This document shows positions 56,259 through 64,000 of a DNA stretch of 64,000 nt, in pieces. The translations under genes were made by a program, and so were the position numbers. The DNA is from Candidatus Multivoradales bacterium (lineage in GTDB: Bacteria; Acidobacteriota; Thermoanaerobaculia; Multivoradales; Multivoraceae). The stretch covers positions 2,112,001 through 2,176,000 of the forward strand of contig CBDCWI010000002.1 of the NCBI GenBank assembly GCA_965223325.1. The letters are read 5' to 3'. The notes under the pieces are model-generated. The model had not been told where the DNA came from. It did not search any database and was given only the letters and a program-made list of their open reading frames with translations. The first letter of the stretch is position 1; the number at the start of each line of letters is the position of its first letter.

Positions 56259-56972
56259 TCAGCCCTCTACCGACCCATCCGCGACCTCCGCGCCGTCGGC
56301 CTCCCTCAGCCTTCGCAGGACCGCGTTGTTGTGCAGAAGAGCCGCCAACCGGTTGCTGATCGCAAGCCCGCGGGCACCGATCTGAGCCGCCTCTTCGTCT
56401 GGCGTGTCGGCGAAGCGATCGAGGAAATGGTCCGCCTCGAGCTCCGACCATTGCTCGACGATGGCGACGTAGCGCTCGAGAAACGCGGTGTCGTAGCCGC
56501 GCTCGGAAGTGAACCCGGCGGTGCGCGCGTCGGCCCAGAGTCGAACGATCTCGGCGTCGCGTGCCGCTAGCACGCCGTTCTCGTCGATACGGATGGCCTG
56601 GGCCTCGGCCATTCCTTCGATCTCCTCTATGGATAGGCAGGTCGACGCGGCAAGGTCGGCTGACGAGACGGGCGCCTGGTCTTCGGTGTCCTGGACCAGG
56701 GCGGAGAGCAACTGCGCCAGCCCGGGGCGGCTGAGGGCGCTCAACGCAGCTTCGTCGGCGACCTTGTTGAGCACCTTCTTGACGACCTTGAGGGGGAGAA
56801 AGTGCTCATCTTGCAGCCGCTTGATCAGCTGGGTGCGCTCGACGTGCAGAGCCCCGTACTCGGCGACGTTGCGCTTCGGCTTCTTCGGCTGGGGCAGCAG
56901 GCCTTCCCGGATGTAGTAGCGGATCGACTCGCGGCTCACGCCAGTGCGAGCCTCGAGCTCCTTCATCTTCAT
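56259..56972 (-). CDS. MerR-family regulator
   Basis: MKMKELEARTGVSRESIRYYIREGLL; 4-nt overlap with the P450. Confidence 0.92.
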   Translation of the reverse strand: MKMKELEARTGVSRESIRYYIREGLLPQPKKPKRNVAEYGALHVERTQLIKRLQDEHFLPLKVVKKVLNKVADEAALSALSRPGLAQLLSALVQDTEDQAPVSSADLAASTCLSIEEIEGMAEAQAIRIDENGVLAARDAEIVRLWADARTAGFTSERGYDTAFLERYVAIVEQWSELEADHFLDRFADTPDEEAAQIGARGLAISNRLAALLHNNAVLRRLREADGAEVADGSVEG

Positions 56973-58213
56973 TGAGCGACTGGATGCAGGACTACCGGTA
57001 GATCGACGATGCCGCGCACGAAGTTCGACTTCAATCGCTTGGCTTCTCCAACCAGCTCGACATGCTCGAAGCGCTTGAGAATCTCTTCCCAGACCAGTCG
57101 CAGCTGCATCTCGGCAAGCCGGTTGCCCATGCAGCGATGCACGCCAAAGCCGAACGACATGTGTTGACGGGCGTTCTTTCGATCGATCAGGAACTCGTCG
57201 GGCCGGTCAAAGTGCGACGCATCGCGATTGGCGGAGACGTACCAGAGCGCGACCTTGTCGCCCGCCTTCATCTGCTTGCCGCCGAACACCACGTCACGGG
57301 TCGTTGTTCTCCGCATGTGCAGAAGCGGCGTCTGGAAACGAATGATCTCGGACACCATGTTCGGGATGAGACTCGGATCCGCCTTGAGCTTCTCGTACTG
57401 GGCGGGGTTTTCGTTGAGCATCAAAACGCCGCCTGAAATGGAGTTACGCGTCGTGTCGTTGCCGCCCACGATGAGGAGAATGATGTTGCCAAGCAGCTCC
57501 ATCGGGTCCATGTCCTTGAAGGCCTGCGAATGGGCCATCAGTGTGATGAAGTCGTACTTTCCTTCGGGTGATTGTTGTGCGCGTTCGTTCCAGAGCCCGG
57601 TGAAGACCCCCAGGCATTCCTCCAGCGCCGCCTGGCGCTGCTCCTTGGTGACGCTGTCATCGCCGGCAATCTCAGGCGAAGCGGTGGCCATGTCCGACCA
57701 GTAGGTCAGCTTGCGGCGATCCTCGAACGGAAAGTCGAACAGGGTGGCGAGCATTTGAGTGGTGAGCTCGATCGAAACCTGGTCGACCCAGTTGAACGGC
57801 TCACCCAGCGGCAGTTCATCCATGATCTTGCCGATGCGTTCGCGAATCAGCGGCTCCATCTGCGACAGACTTCGCGGCGCGACCGCCGGCGTCACTGCCT
57901 TGCGCTGCTCGGTGTGCTTGGGCGGGTCAGAAGCGATGAACTGCTTGACGGTGAAGTCGGGGTCCTGGTCGCCCAGAACGATCGCCGGAAAGGACGAGAA
58001 CGTTTTGGTGTCCCGCTCGATCGCCATGATGTCGTCGTAGCGGGTGATCGACCAGAAGGGGCCGAAATCGCTGGCGGCGCAGTAGTGCACCGGGTCTTCT
58101 TCCCGCAGGCGCTTGAACAGCGGCCAATGGGTATCGTTTTCGAACATGGCCGGGTCTGAGGGGTTGACCTGGTCCAGGGGAACGGTGGACGCGCGGGTGA
58201 CAGGCTCAGCCAT
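56969..58213 (-). CDS. Cytochrome P450, CYP153-like
   Basis: FIASDPPKH, LLIVGGNDTTRNS, EIIR, FGFGVHRCMG. Confidence 0.92.
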   Translation of the reverse strand: MAEPVTRASTVPLDQVNPSDPAMFENDTHWPLFKRLREEDPVHYCAASDFGPFWSITRYDDIMAIERDTKTFSSFPAIVLGDQDPDFTVKQFIASDPPKHTEQRKAVTPAVAPRSLSQMEPLIRERIGKIMDELPLGEPFNWVDQVSIELTTQMLATLFDFPFEDRRKLTYWSDMATASPEIAGDDSVTKEQRQAALEECLGVFTGLWNERAQQSPEGKYDFITLMAHSQAFKDMDPMELLGNIILLIVGGNDTTRNSISGGVLMLNENPAQYEKLKADPSLIPNMVSEIIRFQTPLLHMRRTTTRDVVFGGKQMKAGDKVALWYVSANRDASHFDRPDEFLIDRKNARQHMSFGFGVHRCMGNRLAEMQLRLVWEEILKRFEHVELVGEAKRLKSNFVRGIVDLPVVLHPVAQ

Positions 58214-58227
58214 GGCTTTCTCCGGAT

Positions 58228-58280
58228 TGGGTATGGTGCGTATTACGTACCCATACTACTCGTTATGGCTGCCAGGTCAA
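58228..58280 (-). promoter_or_regulatory. Putative promoter of the P450-merR operon with a downstream inverted repeat
   Basis: TTGACC-N16-TAGTAT on the minus strand; TGGGTA...TACCCA at 58228-58253. Confidence 0.5.
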
Positions 58281-58313
58281 GAGGCGCCAGGGACATGTCA
58301 ACAACCCGCTGGC

Positions 58314-60430
58314 TCACTCCGACGAGAGCACCTCAATCGCTTTGACCATCGGGTTCTCGACGACATGGACAAAGTCGACGGTCACCGCACCGTCATCGAC
58401 CGCGACCACATCGCTGAGCACGATGCCCGCATTCATTCCCACCTCGGAGATCACATCGAGGTCGTTCGCCAGGAGCGCTCCTTCGACCAACACATCGGCC
58501 ACTCGTTGGCCGGAATTGCCGTAGATCGTCTCGGCAAAGTAGAGCCGCACCTCGTAGGTTCCCGAAGCCACCGGAAAGCTCCAGCTCATCTCCGCTCCGG
58601 TGGGCTTATCCCAACGTTCAGACTGGAGGATCATCGGAGGGGTGCCCGCAGGGATGCTCGGGTGGGCGAGCGAGATGGCGCTCCCTACTGAAGACACGTG
58701 GTTGCCGGCGACCGCGCTGTTGTTGTAGATCGACGGGTTGGACTGGGTGTCTGCTTCCCAGGGCAGCCCGCCATCAGCGGCACTCACCTCTGGACCGCCC
58801 GCATTGACCCGATAGAGCACCGTCGCACCTCCCGGGGGTGGCACGGAGTTGACCGTAAACGCAAACGAGGCACTGTCGGAGGCTTCACCGTCGCTCGCGG
58901 TGACCGTCGGGTTGAACGTGCCGGCAACACTCAACGTTCCGCTGATCAAACCCGTGCTGGCATTGAGAGTCAGTGACGGCGGAAGTCCGCTGGCACTCCA
59001 CGTCAACGGATCACCGTCTGGATCCTGGGCCTGGAGCAACAACGAAACGCCGTCACCGACCGTGCCAACTTGATCGGCGGGCTCGGTCAGTACGGGAGCC
59101 TGATTGCCTCCGCCACCGCCGGACTGCGCGATCACCTCGATGGCCTTGATCATCGGGTTCTCGACGACATGTACGAAGTCGACGGTCACCGCACCGTCAT
59201 CGACCGCGACCACATCGGTAAGCACGATGCCCGCATTCATCCCCACCTCGGAAATCACATCGAGGTCGTTCGCCAGAAGCGCTCCCTCCACCAGCACGTC
59301 GGCCACGCGCTGCCCAGGGTTGCCGTAGATCGTTTCCGCAAAGTAGAGCCGCACCTCGTAGCTGCCGGGTGCCACCGGGAAGCTCCAGCTCATCTCCGCC
59401 CCGGTGGGCTGATCCCAACGTTCAGACTGGAGGATCACCGGTGGGGTGCCCGCCGGAATGCTCGGATGGGCAAGCGAGATCGCACTGCCTACCGAAGACA
59501 CGTGGTTTCCGGCGACCGCGCTGTTGTTGTAGATCGACGGATTGGGCTGGGTGTCGGCCTCCCAGGGTAGCCCGCCATCGGTGGCACTCACCTCTGGACC
59601 GCCCGCATTCACCCGATAGAGCACCGTCGCACCTCCCGGGGGTGGCACGGAGTTGACCGTAAACGCAAACGAGGCACTGTCGGAGGCTTCACCGTCGCTC
59701 GCGGTGACCGTCGGGTTGAACGTGCCGGCAACACTCAACGTTCCGCTGATCAAACCCGTGCCGGCATTGAGAGTCAGTGACGGCGGAAGTCCGCTGGCAC
59801 TCCACGTCAACGGATCACCGTCTGGATCCTGGGCCTGGAGCAACAACGAAACGCCGTCACCGACCGTGCCGACTTGAGGGGCGGGCCCGGTCAGAACGGG
59901 CGCCTGATTGCCTCCCCCGCCGCCGGATTGCGAGATCACTTCGATGGCCTTGATCATCGGGTTCTCGACGACGTGCACGAAGTCGACGGTCAGAGCGCCG
60001 TCACCGACGACCACCACATCACTGAGCACAATCCCCGCGTTCATTCCCACTTCGGAGATCACATCGAGGTCGTTTGCTAGAAGCGCTCCCTCCACCAACA
60101 CGTCGGCCACGCGTTGCCCGGGATTGCCGTAGATCGTCTCGGCAAAGTAGAGCCGCACCTCGTAGCTCCCGGGTGCCACCGGGAAGCTCCAGCTCATCTC
60201 CGCTCCGGTGGGCTGATCCCAACGCTCAGACTGGAGGATCACCGGTGGGGTGCCCGCCGGGATGCTCGGGTGGGCGAGTGAAATCGCGCTGCCGACCGAA
60301 GAAACATGGTTACCGGCTACCGCGCTGTTGTTGTAGATCGACGGGTTGAACTGAGTGTCGGCCTCCCAGGGCAGCCCGCCATCGGTGGCACTCACCTGTG
60401 GACCGCCCGCATTGACCCGGTAGAGCACGT
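58314..60430. repeat. Intragenic tandem repeat, 804-bp period, about 2.6 copies
   Basis: gtcgacggtca recurs at 58374, 59178 and 59982; units are near-identical by eye. Confidence 0.9.
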
Positions 60431-62822
60431 TCTCAGGCTCACCAACCGGGTGCTCGAACACGAACAAGTCGTCCCAGGTTGCGACAAACGGTGCGGGCGC
60501 GCCTCGCGACGTGGCGAGCACTCCCACGGCCGGCCTGGTGACACCAAGCAGCCAGGAGACTGGAAAGGAGATCGGGTTGCCCAGAGTCAACGACGGCTGG
60601 CTGTCGATCTGGATCATGGGCTGAGCGCTCGCCGTCTGGGGATCGATCTGCAGGCTCACTTGAACCTTGTCTGCACTCGAGATGGAGACCCCCTGACCAG
60701 GACCAAACAAAGTGCTCGAGTGCACACCGTTGACCTCGACGCCAACCTCGATTCCGCCCACGCCACCGTTGGCCACCGCACTGACCTCGATGTAGTTGTT
60801 CTGATCCCCCGTGCCAAAGAACAGCCCCGTTGCGCTCTCGGCTTCTAGCGCCGGTTGAAATGGCGCGATGAGCTGGACCTGAGCGGTAAACGGCGGACTG
60901 TCAGAGCCCACATTGATTCCAAACTGCATGCCGAACTGCTGCGAGTCGAGGCCTTCGAAAGCGTCGCCGGCGGGAACCTCGAGGACGGCGTAGACCCCCG
61001 GTGCCCCGCCCGGGATGATCACGTCGGCATCGAACAGCTGTGAGTAGTCGACCCCGTTGGTCATCAAGCCGGTGAAGCCAAGATCGAGCAGGCCACCGCG
61101 TGGCGGTTCACCGTTGTTCCATGTCAGCGTAACTGGCAGGTTGGTACCTGCGCCGTTCGAAGGGTCGAGCGCGAAGGGGTCCTGGTTGTCCAGGAGACCG
61201 TCGTTGTCGTCGTTGGGATCGTTCAAGTCGGACACAAAGTCCGCATCAAAGTCCGCCGGGATGCTGCCCGCGCTGCAGGGGTTGGTGTCGTTGTCAATCT
61301 CGTCACTGTTCGTGTATCCGTCGAGATCTTCATCCAGCAGGCTGCTGTCGGTGCCCTGGCACTCGCTCGGGCCTCCGCCGTCGAAATCGTCGGGTTCGAA
61401 AACGCTGACTACGCTCTCGGCGTAATCGACGACCCACACGGTTCCAGGAAAGAGATCGCCGTCGCCCTGGGCAACGACATCCAGGGGAATCGCATTGACG
61501 CCACTGAACAGGCTGCTGGGAGGAGCGACCAGGTCATCGCCAGCGGCGTTGAGCTGCAGCCTCGAGATCACCCCGCCAAAACTCACCACCACCAGGTTGC
61601 CGCTCAAGACACCACCAAAGTTCGAGGCTGTGTACTCGGTGATGCCATTGGTGGAACTGGGAAACTCCGCCAGGCTCCCGTTACTACTCGGTGGGAAGTG
61701 AGAACACTCCACGGGGTTCGAGAAGGGCACCGGTGACTGGGGGTTGGTCACGTTCCAGGTGTTGGCCTGGTTTCCTCGTGTGGGATTGGGGTGACCGCCG
61801 TAGTAGCCCTCCTGGCTGATGAAGTGCAGAGCATCCAGGAAGCTCGGGCCGCCGTTCTCGAGCTGGTTGGAGCAGGTATTCGGATCGGGTGGTGCCCCGA
61901 AGTTTCCGTTGGCACCGTTGTCTACCGTGTAGAGGTTGCCCTGGGTTGTCAGCACGACATCGTAGGCGTTGCGCCAGCCGGGCGAGAACACCTGCACAGG
62001 ACCACCCGGATCGATGATCGCCTGGTTCTTGCCACCGTTACCACCGAACGGATCGTTTACGTCTTCGCTGCCGGCCCGGTCTTCGTCGTCGAGCGTTGGC
62101 AGGTCGTAAGTCGTGTTGCCTATGGCGTCCAGATCAATCGACAACAGAGCCGCCGAAAGGGCGTACTCGGGCAACAAGCCGAAGACGCTCGAGGGCGCGC
62201 CACTGTTGGTGTGACCACCAGACATCATGTACAGGGTGTTGGTGGAGGGATCGAGAGCCATGCCGTTGCTGGCGTGGTTCTCCTCCGAACGTGGAAGCCC
62301 ACGAACCAGGTCGAGCTTCACCCAGGTCGACCCGCTCCAACTCAGCCGGCTGAGAATGCCCGAGTTTGTGTCGAGTGTCAGCGCCGGAGGTTCTGTGTTG
62401 CCAGCTGTGATCCTGGGGTCAGAAGACGTCACGTAGAGGACCGGGTTCGATGACGTCCCAGACACCAGAAGACCAGTGACCTGCCGGGTGTTGACGGTCG
62501 GGTTGGGCTGGCCGTTGTCGTTGTGGTTGGGGATGCTTTGAATCAAAGTGATGGTTTCAGTACCAGTCACCCCGTAGTTGTTGGGCCCGATCCTCACAAT
62601 GTCGACGACCGTGATCAGACCATCCTGCTGTGCCACATAAAGCCTGTCGTCGGGTCCGAACTGGAGGGACGTTGGGTTGGTCACCGACACGCCAGAGAGC
62701 TCGGAAGCGCCGAAACTCTGCGCATGGAGCGGGCTTTGGGCGATCGCGAGCAGCACCAGGCCCATGGTCAGTTGTAGAGCGATCCGACACACGGCGCGAA
62801 CCTTCGCGGTCAATACAATCAT
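58314..62822 (-). CDS. Large secreted protein: sorbosone-dehydrogenase-like propeller, Asp-rich Ca-binding repeats, 3 malectin and 2 putative Ig domains
   Basis: Signal peptide; PTSLQFGPD, PGWRNAYD; DxDxD motifs; LYRVNAGGP..YEVRLYFAE x3; QDPDGDPLTWSASGLP x2. Confidence 0.9.
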   Translation of the reverse strand: MIVLTAKVRAVCRIALQLTMGLVLLAIAQSPLHAQSFGASELSGVSVTNPTSLQFGPDDRLYVAQQDGLITVVDIVRIGPNNYGVTGTETITLIQSIPNHNDNGQPNPTVNTRQVTGLLVSGTSSNPVLYVTSSDPRITAGNTEPPALTLDTNSGILSRLSWSGSTWVKLDLVRGLPRSEENHASNGMALDPSTNTLYMMSGGHTNSGAPSSVFGLLPEYALSAALLSIDLDAIGNTTYDLPTLDDEDRAGSEDVNDPFGGNGGKNQAIIDPGGPVQVFSPGWRNAYDVVLTTQGNLYTVDNGANGNFGAPPDPNTCSNQLENGGPSFLDALHFISQEGYYGGHPNPTRGNQANTWNVTNPQSPVPFSNPVECSHFPPSSNGSLAEFPSSTNGITEYTASNFGGVLSGNLVVVSFGGVISRLQLNAAGDDLVAPPSSLFSGVNAIPLDVVAQGDGDLFPGTVWVVDYAESVVSVFEPDDFDGGGPSECQGTDSSLLDEDLDGYTNSDEIDNDTNPCSAGSIPADFDADFVSDLNDPNDDNDGLLDNQDPFALDPSNGAGTNLPVTLTWNNGEPPRGGLLDLGFTGLMTNGVDYSQLFDADVIIPGGAPGVYAVLEVPAGDAFEGLDSQQFGMQFGINVGSDSPPFTAQVQLIAPFQPALEAESATGLFFGTGDQNNYIEVSAVANGGVGGIEVGVEVNGVHSSTLFGPGQGVSISSADKVQVSLQIDPQTASAQPMIQIDSQPSLTLGNPISFPVSWLLGVTRPAVGVLATSRGAPAPFVATWDDLFVFEHPVGEPENVLYRVNAGGPQVSATDGGLPWEADTQFNPSIYNNSAVAGNHVSSVGSAISLAHPSIPAGTPPVILQSERWDQPTGAEMSWSFPVAPGSYEVRLYFAETIYGNPGQRVADVLVEGALLANDLDVISEVGMNAGIVLSDVVVVGDGALTVDFVHVVENPMIKAIEVISQSGGGGGNQAPVLTGPAPQVGTVGDGVSLLLQAQDPDGDPLTWSASGLPPSLTLNAGTGLISGTLSVAGTFNPTVTASDGEASDSASFAFTVNSVPPPGGATVLYRVNAGGPEVSATDGGLPWEADTQPNPSIYNNSAVAGNHVSSVGSAISLAHPSIPAGTPPVILQSERWDQPTGAEMSWSFPVAPGSYEVRLYFAETIYGNPGQRVADVLVEGALLANDLDVISEVGMNAGIVLTDVVAVDDGAVTVDFVHVVENPMIKAIEVIAQSGGGGGNQAPVLTEPADQVGTVGDGVSLLLQAQDPDGDPLTWSASGLPPSLTLNASTGLISGTLSVAGTFNPTVTASDGEASDSASFAFTVNSVPPPGGATVLYRVNAGGPEVSAADGGLPWEADTQSNPSIYNNSAVAGNHVSSVGSAISLAHPSIPAGTPPMILQSERWDKPTGAEMSWSFPVASGTYEVRLYFAETIYGNSGQRVADVLVEGALLANDLDVISEVGMNAGIVLSDVVAVDDGAVTVDFVHVVENPMVKAIEVLSSE

Positions 62823-62900
62823 CTGTCTGTTCTCCGAGGGAATCCAGAGAGTGTAGCCGCGCCGTCATCGTTCGCAGAGGCCTGTGTGAAGGCCAGAGCC

Positions 62901-62951
62901 ATGGCTATTGCACTCGTGCTATAGTGGCTATTCAACAAGTGCAATAGCCAT
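62901..62951. promoter_or_regulatory. Double palindromic operator upstream of padR
   Basis: CTATTGCACTCGTGCTATAG (62905-62924) and CTATTCAACAAGTGCAATAG (62928-62947); the outer 14-bp arms are perfect inverted repeats. Confidence 0.75.
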
Positions 62952-62972
62952 AAAGACCTGGAGAACGCGACG

Positions 62973-63617
62973 ATGAGCCTCGACCACATCTTGCTGGGCA
63001 TCTTGAGGAAACCCGAATCGGGTTACTCGCTCAAGCAGCACTTCGATTCCGTGTTCAGCCACTTCTGGGCGGCCGAAATCAGTCAGATCTATCGCCAGCT
63101 CAAGAGCCTCGAGGGGAGAGGGTTTCTCGAGAGCTGGGAAGAGCCTTCTGCCAAGGGCCCACCAAAGCGCCTCTACCGAACGACTTCTAAGGGGCAGCAC
63201 GAGCTCCTGCGGTGGATTACAAGCGGCCCGCAGATCGCAGATCGCAGGGTCCCCTATCTGGGCCAGCTCTGCAATCTTCACACGCTTCCAGATCACCAGG
63301 CGCGGGTTTCGTTCTTCTACGAACTCCGCGAGCACTTCGCGACCCGACTCCAGGTCCTCACCGAGCTCGACGCATCTCTCCAGGCAGAGAGGCCTGCGCC
63401 AGATGAAGATGCCCTGGAAGGGCTGTGTGGCCATATGGTGCTCCGCCACGGCATCCACCGGGCCCAGGCCCTGCTCGCCTGGTGCGACGAGAGCATCGAG
63501 CGGCTGGTCGCCCAGCGAACGCAGAGTCCAACGTCAGTGAGCGAACACCGCTCGCCACCCGAAACAGAAGTTCGGCGCCCGCCGAGCGGAGTGGGCGATC
63601 TTGGAGAACCTTCATGA
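62973..63617 (+). CDS. PadR-family regulator with C-terminal helical domain
   Basis: MSLDHILLGIL..SGYSLK..FWAAEISQIYRQL..GPPKRLY. Confidence 0.93.
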   Translation: MSLDHILLGILRKPESGYSLKQHFDSVFSHFWAAEISQIYRQLKSLEGRGFLESWEEPSAKGPPKRLYRTTSKGQHELLRWITSGPQIADRRVPYLGQLCNLHTLPDHQARVSFFYELREHFATRLQVLTELDASLQAERPAPDEDALEGLCGHMVLRHGIHRAQALLAWCDESIERLVAQRTQSPTSVSEHRSPPETEVRRPPSGVGDLGEPS

Positions 63618-64000
63618 ACGAAGCTGCGCCTGCCCTTTTCGACCCTCAGGTTTACCTCGCCCTGCGCAACGCTCATCTGGTTCTGGGCTCCGTTTCGCTG
63701 CTCCTCTTCTGGCTCCAGATCGCGAAACGAAAGGGCGGTCAGAATCACCGGTGGATTGGCTGGTGTTACCTGGTGGCCATGCTCGGTGTCTTGATGACCG
63801 CGATTCCCATGACGCTCTTCATCGGGCACCAGGGCCAGATCGAGGCTGCGATGCTACTCGGCTTCCTGGTCCTGATCACAGCTGCTGCAGGTGTCGATGC
63901 GATCCAGGCCTCGCGGCATCGGCAGTCGAACGCGTGGATGCGCGGTCCGCTGGCGTGGGGAACCACGGTTGCGATCCTCGTCTACTCGATCCTGATGCTG
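63614..64000 (+). CDS. Membrane protein, DUF2306-like, cut by the window end
   Basis: ATGA overlap with padR; AHLVLG..KRKGGQNHRWIGWCY. Confidence 0.7.
   Translation, partial: MNEAAPALFDPQVYLALRNAHLVLGSVSLLLFWLQIAKRKGGQNHRWIGWCYLVAMLGVLMTAIPMTLFIGHQGQIEAAMLLGFLVLITAAAGVDAIQASRHRQSNAWMRGPLAWGTTVAILVYSILML

Noticed and set aside
1-64000. Genome-wide UGA reassignment as the explanation for the TGA at 1053
   Set aside because: Many intact genes end in TGA at their expected C-termini (2693, 11870, 18859, 48794) and Trp is encoded by TGG

Overview
GC-rich bacterial accessory region, most likely from an Acidobacteriota (Thermoanaerobaculia-like) genome. The taxon is inferred from five ADOP-type duplicated orphan ABC permeases, acidobacterial PadR genes and a lineage-typical C-terminal domain. 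Intact modules: a TetR / TonB receptor / acyl-CoA ligase / CocE hydrolase / single-chain acyl-CoA carboxylase cluster, DUF3291 with a CGNR regulator, a serine hydrolase with a two-component system, a kinase-FGE-hydrolase fusion, a cytochrome c with an ECF sigma factor, a CYP153-like P450 with MerR, a malectin-repeat surface protein and two toxin-antitoxin pairs. These are interleaved with more than a dozen gene remnants, three IS91-family pieces and a 166-bp MITE-like hairpin. The strongest novel signal is at 594-2693: two ORFs share one frame and are separated only by a single TGA (1053-1055). That TGA is followed by a hairpin closely matching the geometry of the E. coli fdhF SECIS, which suggests a secreted 699-aa selenoprotein with an unrecognised Sec-containing domain. 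A simple nonsense mutation cannot be excluded from this window alone. No rRNA, tRNA or CRISPR array was seen. All family calls are motif recognition by eye, not database searches.
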